From: Candidatus Microgenomatus sp.
GTDB lineage: Bacteria > Patescibacteriota > Microgenomatia > UBA8517
Reading direction: 5' to 3'
Assembly: GCA_020724585.1 (NCBI GenBank)
Contig: DYGS01000001.1
Coordinates: forward strand, 358,002 to 422,001
Length of the DNA stretch: 64,000 nt
A program made the position numbers and the translations under genes. The notes beneath the pieces were generated by a model that saw only the letters and a program-made list of their open reading frames with translations, had not been told where the DNA came from and did not search any database. Within the stretch, counting starts at the first letter, position 1, and every line of letters begins with the position of its first letter. Below, piece after piece: positions 59,505 through 64,000 of the stretch.

Positions 59505-61343
59505 ATGAAAAAGATTTTTTTGTTTTTTGTTTTCTTGTTTACTCTAAGTACTTTGTACTTCGTACTTAGTACTAGTGTTCGAGCCGAAGGCGAGTTTTTA
59601 ACAGATTTTGAAGTAAGTTATACACTGGATGAATCGGGAATTACAAATGTTAAAAATAAAATTACTTTAACTAATGTTTTTACTAATTTATATGCAACAT
59701 CTTATTCAATTATTTTAAACAGCATTAATCCTGAAAAAATTATAGCTTATGGAGGCGATGGAACAAATTATAAAACCGAAGTTACTCAAAAAGACGGCGA
59801 GACCTTGATTAAAGTTGAATTTCCCGACAAAATTGTCGGAAAAGACAAGTCCAGAACATTTTGGGTTGAGTACAACGAGCGTTCTTTTGCGGTAAAAACA
59901 GGTGAAGTCTGGGAAATTTCTATTCCAAGACTAAGTGAAAATTCGCCGTTTGACAGCTATTTTGTATCATTATTTGTTCCTGAAAAATTAGGTCAGGAGG
60001 CTTACATTTCCCCTGATTATAGAAATAAATCTCAAGAAAATGGCTATTTTATATATAGATTTAATAAAGAAGATATTGAAAAATCTGGCGTTGTTGCTGG
60101 TTTTGGAGAATTTCAAGTTTTTAATTTTAATTTAAATTATCACCTTGAAAATCCTCTTGGCCGAACCGCCGTAACCGAAATAGCAATCCCCCCCGACAGC
60201 TCATTTCAAAAAGTTTACTATACGAATATTACTCCCAAGCCTCAAGATGTTTATATAGACCTTGACGGCAATTGGATAGCAAAATATGAACTTAAAGCAA
60301 GAGAGAGGGTAGATGTTTCTGCTTCCGGTTTTGTCCAAATTTTTGCAGGAGCAAGGCCTTTCCCGAAGCCTACAGATGAAATATTAAAGGTAAACTTAAA
60401 ACCCAAAAAATATTGGGAAGTTGATGACCCTAATATTTACAATTTGGCTCAAAATTTAAAAACTCCAAAAGCTATTTATGATTATGTTTCAAAAACTTTA
60501 AAATATGACTATCAAAGAGTAAGGCCAAATGTTGAAAGGCTAGGTGCCGTGTCGGCATTGAATTCGCCTCAAAGTGCAATTTGTATGGAGTTTACAGATT
60601 TATTCATAGCTATTGCTCGGGCGGCGGGTATTCCTGCGCGAGAAGTTAATGGTTATGCTTACACTGAAAATCCTGAAATTCAACCTCTTTCTTTGGTAAA
60701 TGATGTTTTACATGCCTGGCCGGAATATTATGATTATCAAAAAGGAGCTTGGATACCTGTTGATCCCACATGGGGTTCAACTACAGGAGGCGTTGATTAT
60801 TTTAATAAATTGGATTTAAGACATTTTGCCTTTGTCTATCATGGAACAGATTCAACTAAACCATATCCTGCAGGCAGTTATAAATTAGGAGCAAATCCGC
60901 AAAAAGATGTATTTGTATCATTTGGTACATTGCCAAAAATTAGAAATGCAGAGATCGAAATTAAAGCTAAACTTGAGAAGTGGATACCCTTAATTTCAAA
61001 TAGGCTAGATATTGAAATTTATAATCAAGGACCTTCCGCTGTTTACAACATAACTCCAAACATCTTTTTTGATAAATCGCCAGTTTTAAATAAAGAAAAA
61101 ATTGAAGTATTACTTCCGTTTGGCAGGCACAAGACGGTGATTGATATACCCTTTTCATTTTTAGGGGCAAAAACGCCTGATTTGGTAACAGTTTCAGTTG
61201 ATGGCAAGGAAGTTAAAGTTAAAACTTACAAGGATCAGGTTTTGATTTATAATCTATTGTTTCTATTTCTATTATTTTCTGCTATTTTAGTAACAGTAAT
61301 GATAAGGCTTAAAAAATGGAAATTTCCAAAGAAAATTTTTTAA
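59505..61343 (+). CDS. Secreted/membrane-anchored transglutaminase-like protein
   Basis: Signal peptide, CMEF...RAAGIPAR...HAWPE...DPTWG triad and C-terminal TM helix. Confidence 0.9.
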   Translation: MKKIFLFFVFLFTLSTLYFVLSTSVRAEGEFLTDFEVSYTLDESGITNVKNKITLTNVFTNLYATSYSIILNSINPEKIIAYGGDGTNYKTEVTQKDGETLIKVEFPDKIVGKDKSRTFWVEYNERSFAVKTGEVWEISIPRLSENSPFDSYFVSLFVPEKLGQEAYISPDYRNKSQENGYFIYRFNKEDIEKSGVVAGFGEFQVFNFNLNYHLENPLGRTAVTEIAIPPDSSFQKVYYTNITPKPQDVYIDLDGNWIAKYELKARERVDVSASGFVQIFAGARPFPKPTDEILKVNLKPKKYWEVDDPNIYNLAQNLKTPKAIYDYVSKTLKYDYQRVRPNVERLGAVSALNSPQSAICMEFTDLFIAIARAAGIPAREVNGYAYTENPEIQPLSLVNDVLHAWPEYYDYQKGAWIPVDPTWGSTTGGVDYFNKLDLRHFAFVYHGTDSTKPYPAGSYKLGANPQKDVFVSFGTLPKIRNAEIEIKAKLEKWIPLISNRLDIEIYNQGPSAVYNITPNIFFDKSPVLNKEKIEVLLPFGRHKTVIDIPFSFLGAKTPDLVTVSVDGKEVKVKTYKDQVLIYNLLFLFLLFSAILVTVMIRLKKWKFPKKIF

Positions 61344-62623
61344 AACTTCCCCAAACCCCAGGCGTTTATTTGTTTTACGACAAAAAGAAAGTAATTTATG
61401 TGGGCAAAGCCATAAATCTTAAAAATAGACTTAGTAGTTATTTTCAAATCAATTTACTGCTTAAAACCAAAAACATGGTTGAATCATCAGATAGCCTTAA
61501 ATATATAAAAGTAAATTCAGAGATAGAAGCACTTCTTTTGGAAGCAGAATTAATTAAAAAATATAAGCCAAAATATAATATAGTTTTAAAAGATGACAAA
61601 AGCCCGCTTTATATAGTAATTACCAAAGAAGAATTCCCAAGAGTATTAACTGTCCGGAAGTTATTCGCTATTAACTATTCGCTATTAGCTCTTTTTGGAC
61701 CATTCCCAAATTCATATCAAGTCAAGCAAATATTAAGAATAATTAGAAAAATAATACCATTCAGTGACCACAAATTAGGTAAAAAACCATGTTTATATAG
61801 CCATTTAGGACTTTGTAATCCATGCCCAAACACTATAAAAATGCTAAATTCTAAATCTCAAATACTAAATTTAACAAAACATTACACAAAAAACATAACA
61901 AGAATAAAGTTAATACTTTCGAGAAAATTTAATAGTGTTAGAGTAGCTTTGAAAAAAGAAATGGATAATTTATCTAAAGCACAAAAATATGAAGAAGCAA
62001 AGTTGATAAGAGACAAAATACGGACTCTTGATTATATTACACAAGAAAGAATAGATTCAGAAAAGTTTTTAGAAAATCCTAACCTAACCGAGGATATACG
62101 CAACCGAGAATTAAAAAGCTTTCTTGAAATTCTAAATTCTATATTACAAATTACAAATTTAGTAAGAATTGAGTGCTACGACATATCACACCTTGCGGGT
62201 GTGAAGGCTACTGCTTCAATGGTAGTTGCCATAAATGGAGAAATGGATAACAGCTTTTACAGACACTTTAAAATTAGACAAAAAAAATCGCAAAGCGATT
62301 ATCATTCTATGGAGGAGTTGGCAAGAAGAAGAATAAATAATTTTAAAAAATGGGGTAAGCCTGATTTAATTATTGTTGATGGGGGATTGGGTCAGGTTAG
62401 AGTATTTGCTAAAAGTTTAAAAAATTATAGAATTCCCGTTATTGGAATTGCTAAAAACCCCGATCATTTGGTATTTTCAAACGGTAAAAAAGTAAAGATT
62501 AAGGGGCCAGCGCTTAACTTAGTCCAAAGACTTAGAGATGAAGCCCATCGGTTTGCAAGAAGACTACACCATAAACTCATATCAAAATCCTTGCTTGACC
62601 ACAAAATGACACCTAATACTTGA
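61316..62623 (+). CDS. uvrC: Excinuclease ABC subunit C (short form)
   Basis: PGVY...YVGKA GIY-YIG domain, RIECYDISH, PDLIIVDGG and RDEAHRFA. No C-terminal HhH. Confidence 0.93.
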   Translation: MEISKENFLKLPQTPGVYLFYDKKKVIYVGKAINLKNRLSSYFQINLLLKTKNMVESSDSLKYIKVNSEIEALLLEAELIKKYKPKYNIVLKDDKSPLYIVITKEEFPRVLTVRKLFAINYSLLALFGPFPNSYQVKQILRIIRKIIPFSDHKLGKKPCLYSHLGLCNPCPNTIKMLNSKSQILNLTKHYTKNITRIKLILSRKFNSVRVALKKEMDNLSKAQKYEEAKLIRDKIRTLDYITQERIDSEKFLENPNLTEDIRNRELKSFLEILNSILQITNLVRIECYDISHLAGVKATASMVVAINGEMDNSFYRHFKIRQKKSQSDYHSMEELARRRINNFKKWGKPDLIIVDGGLGQVRVFAKSLKNYRIPVIGIAKNPDHLVFSNGKKVKIKGPALNLVQRLRDEAHRFARRLHHKLISKSLLDHKMTPNT

Positions 62624-62656
62624 TACTTGACACCCGATACTTGACACTTGATACTT
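62615..62656. repeat. Heptamer tandem repeat (GATACTT-type)
   Basis: aatactt gatactt gacaccc gatactt gacactt gatactt. Confidence 0.8.
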
Positions 62657-62663
62657 AAATATA

Positions 62664-63065
62664 ATGAAAAGAATACTTAGGCATTTTGTAGTAAGCAGTG
62701 TCTCAATTTTTTTAAGCAGTTCAATTGCCAAGGGTTTATATTTTGAAAAAGGTCTGGAAACTATTTTGATGACGGGTTTGGGTCTCACATTGGTATCTTT
62801 AATTGCTAAACCTGTGATTAATATGCTTTTATTGCCCGTCAATCTTTTAACATTTGGTCTTTTTAGATGGGTGTCTGCTGTCGCTGTTTTATATATAGTC
62901 ACCATGACGGTTCCTGGTTTTAAGATCGCCGGTTTTGATTTTGGAGGCTACACCAGTCTTTGGATAGATCTTCCTCAGATTGTTTTATCTGGTTTTCTAG
63001 CAGTTTTAGCTTTTTCATTTCTTCATTCGATCATTTCCTCCTTTATTTATTGGCTTATGAAGTGA
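62664..63065 (+). CDS. 4-TM 'phage holin family' (YvlD-like) membrane protein
   Basis: KPV...LLLPVNLLTFGLF...VPGF motif. Confidence 0.85.
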   Translation: MKRILRHFVVSSVSIFLSSSIAKGLYFEKGLETILMTGLGLTLVSLIAKPVINMLLLPVNLLTFGLFRWVSAVAVLYIVTMTVPGFKIAGFDFGGYTSLWIDLPQIVLSGFLAVLAFSFLHSIISSFIYWLMK

Positions 63066-63085
63066 AAAACTAGTATAATTCAACT

Positions 63086-63292
63086 ATGAATCAGGCGTTG
63101 TCCATAATTCAAGGTTTGTCTGCTGCTGTTATTATAATTCTAGTTTTGCTTCAAGTTAGAGGTACTTCCTTGGGTAGAAGCAGTAATTCAGCATCCTTCA
63201 CCAGAAGGGGGCTTGAAAAAGTAATATTTAAAGCTACATTTGTAGTTTCCGCAATATTTTTAGCCGTCTCATTTTTAAATCTTTTGGTTTAA
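63086..63292 (+). CDS. secG: Preprotein translocase subunit SecG
   Basis: LVLLQ.RG...TRRGLEK with two TM helices. Confidence 0.88.
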   Translation: MNQALSIIQGLSAAVIIILVLLQVRGTSLGRSSNSASFTRRGLEKVIFKATFVVSAIFLAVSFLNLLV

Positions 63293-63300
63293 AAACATTT

Positions 63301-64000
63301 ATGCTTTCACTTCGCTACATATATAGACTAGTTGAGGCCTTTTTTAAAAAGTTTAAAGCCTTAATTGCAATTGGAGTACTTTTGGGTTTATTAGTGTTTT
63401 TTGCTCTTTATTTTGTACTGCCAAAGGCTATATCAAAGCACGAAAGAATTGGCCTTGTGGGTAGGTACTCTACGAATGATTTGTCATTAAATATTCTTAG
63501 CCAGCTGTCAATGGGATTAACCAAAGTTGAAATTGACGGTTCAATCACTCCGGGCATCGCCAAATCATGGGAAACGGCTGATGGTGGAAAATCATGGACT
63601 TTTGTATTGAATAATAATTTATTTTGGCAAGATGGAAAAAAATTAACTGCTTATGATTTAAATTACAATTTTAACGATGCTAAGTTTGAGGTGGTAAATG
63701 AAAATGAAGTTAAATTTAGTTTGGATAATGAGTTTAGCGCCTTTCCTGTGGTTGTTTCAAAACCTGTCTTTAAAAAGGGACTTTTGGGAGTTGGTGAATG
63801 GAAAGTTGGGCAAATTTCTTTAACAGGTGGTTTCGTCCAAAGATTGATGATTGCTCATAAAAATAGTGAGAAAATTACATACAAATTTTATCCATCAGAC
63901 GAGAGATTAAAGTTGGCTTTTAAGCTTGGTCATGTGGATACTGTAAGTAAGCTTCAAGACATTGATGAGTTTAAAAATTGGCCCAAAATTAAAATAGAAA
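63301..64000 (+). CDS. ABC transporter substrate-binding protein, family 5 (3'-truncated by window edge)
   Basis: N-terminal TM helix, then GLTK...PGIAKSWE...GKSWTF.L...WQDGKKLTA.D. Confidence 0.85.
   Translation, partial: MLSLRYIYRLVEAFFKKFKALIAIGVLLGLLVFFALYFVLPKAISKHERIGLVGRYSTNDLSLNILSQLSMGLTKVEIDGSITPGIAKSWETADGGKSWTFVLNNNLFWQDGKKLTAYDLNYNFNDAKFEVVNENEVKFSLDNEFSAFPVVVSKPVFKKGLLGVGEWKVGQISLTGGFVQRLMIAHKNSEKITYKFYPSDERLKLAFKLGHVDTVSKLQDIDEFKNWPKIKIE

Noticed and set aside
62664-63065. Holin indicating a prophage
   Set aside because: YvlD-like family protein in a housekeeping context (uvrC-secG) with no phage neighbours.

Overview
AT-rich chromosomal window from a Patescibacteria/CPR bacterium. 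Gene content and protein style suggest Microgenomates (inference), and TGA is used as a stop. The backbone is housekeeping: ftsQ-ftsA-ftsZ, T-box-ileS-rodA, rplU, rpmA, parB, lepB, a surface-glycan cluster, polX, lemA-htpX, gatCAB, dnaE, rplS, ruvC, ppsA-eno-gpmI, lexA/uvrB/uvrA/uvrC, secG, and four tRNAs (Val-CAC, Thr-CGT, Gly-CCC, Asp-GTC). The most notable signals are: (1) a ~7.5 kb satellite-like element integrated at the 3' end of tRNA-Asp, whose large serine recombinase reads into the antisense tRNA and would have a different C-terminus when excised; it also carries a TerS-like gene, a candidate defence pair and a pseudoknot-like RNA leader; (2) a ~950-nt GC-richer transcription unit that is almost wholly hairpins around one membrane-protein ORF; (3) two repeat families, a palindromic RPE/REP-like element and 7/8-mer tandem scars, inserted in frame in core genes, plus a probable four-helix-bundle gene remnant flanked by inverted heptamer arrays; (4) an ileS T-box with an ultra-short Stem I and no terminator. 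All calls come from reading the sequence by eye; no searches or folding programs were run.
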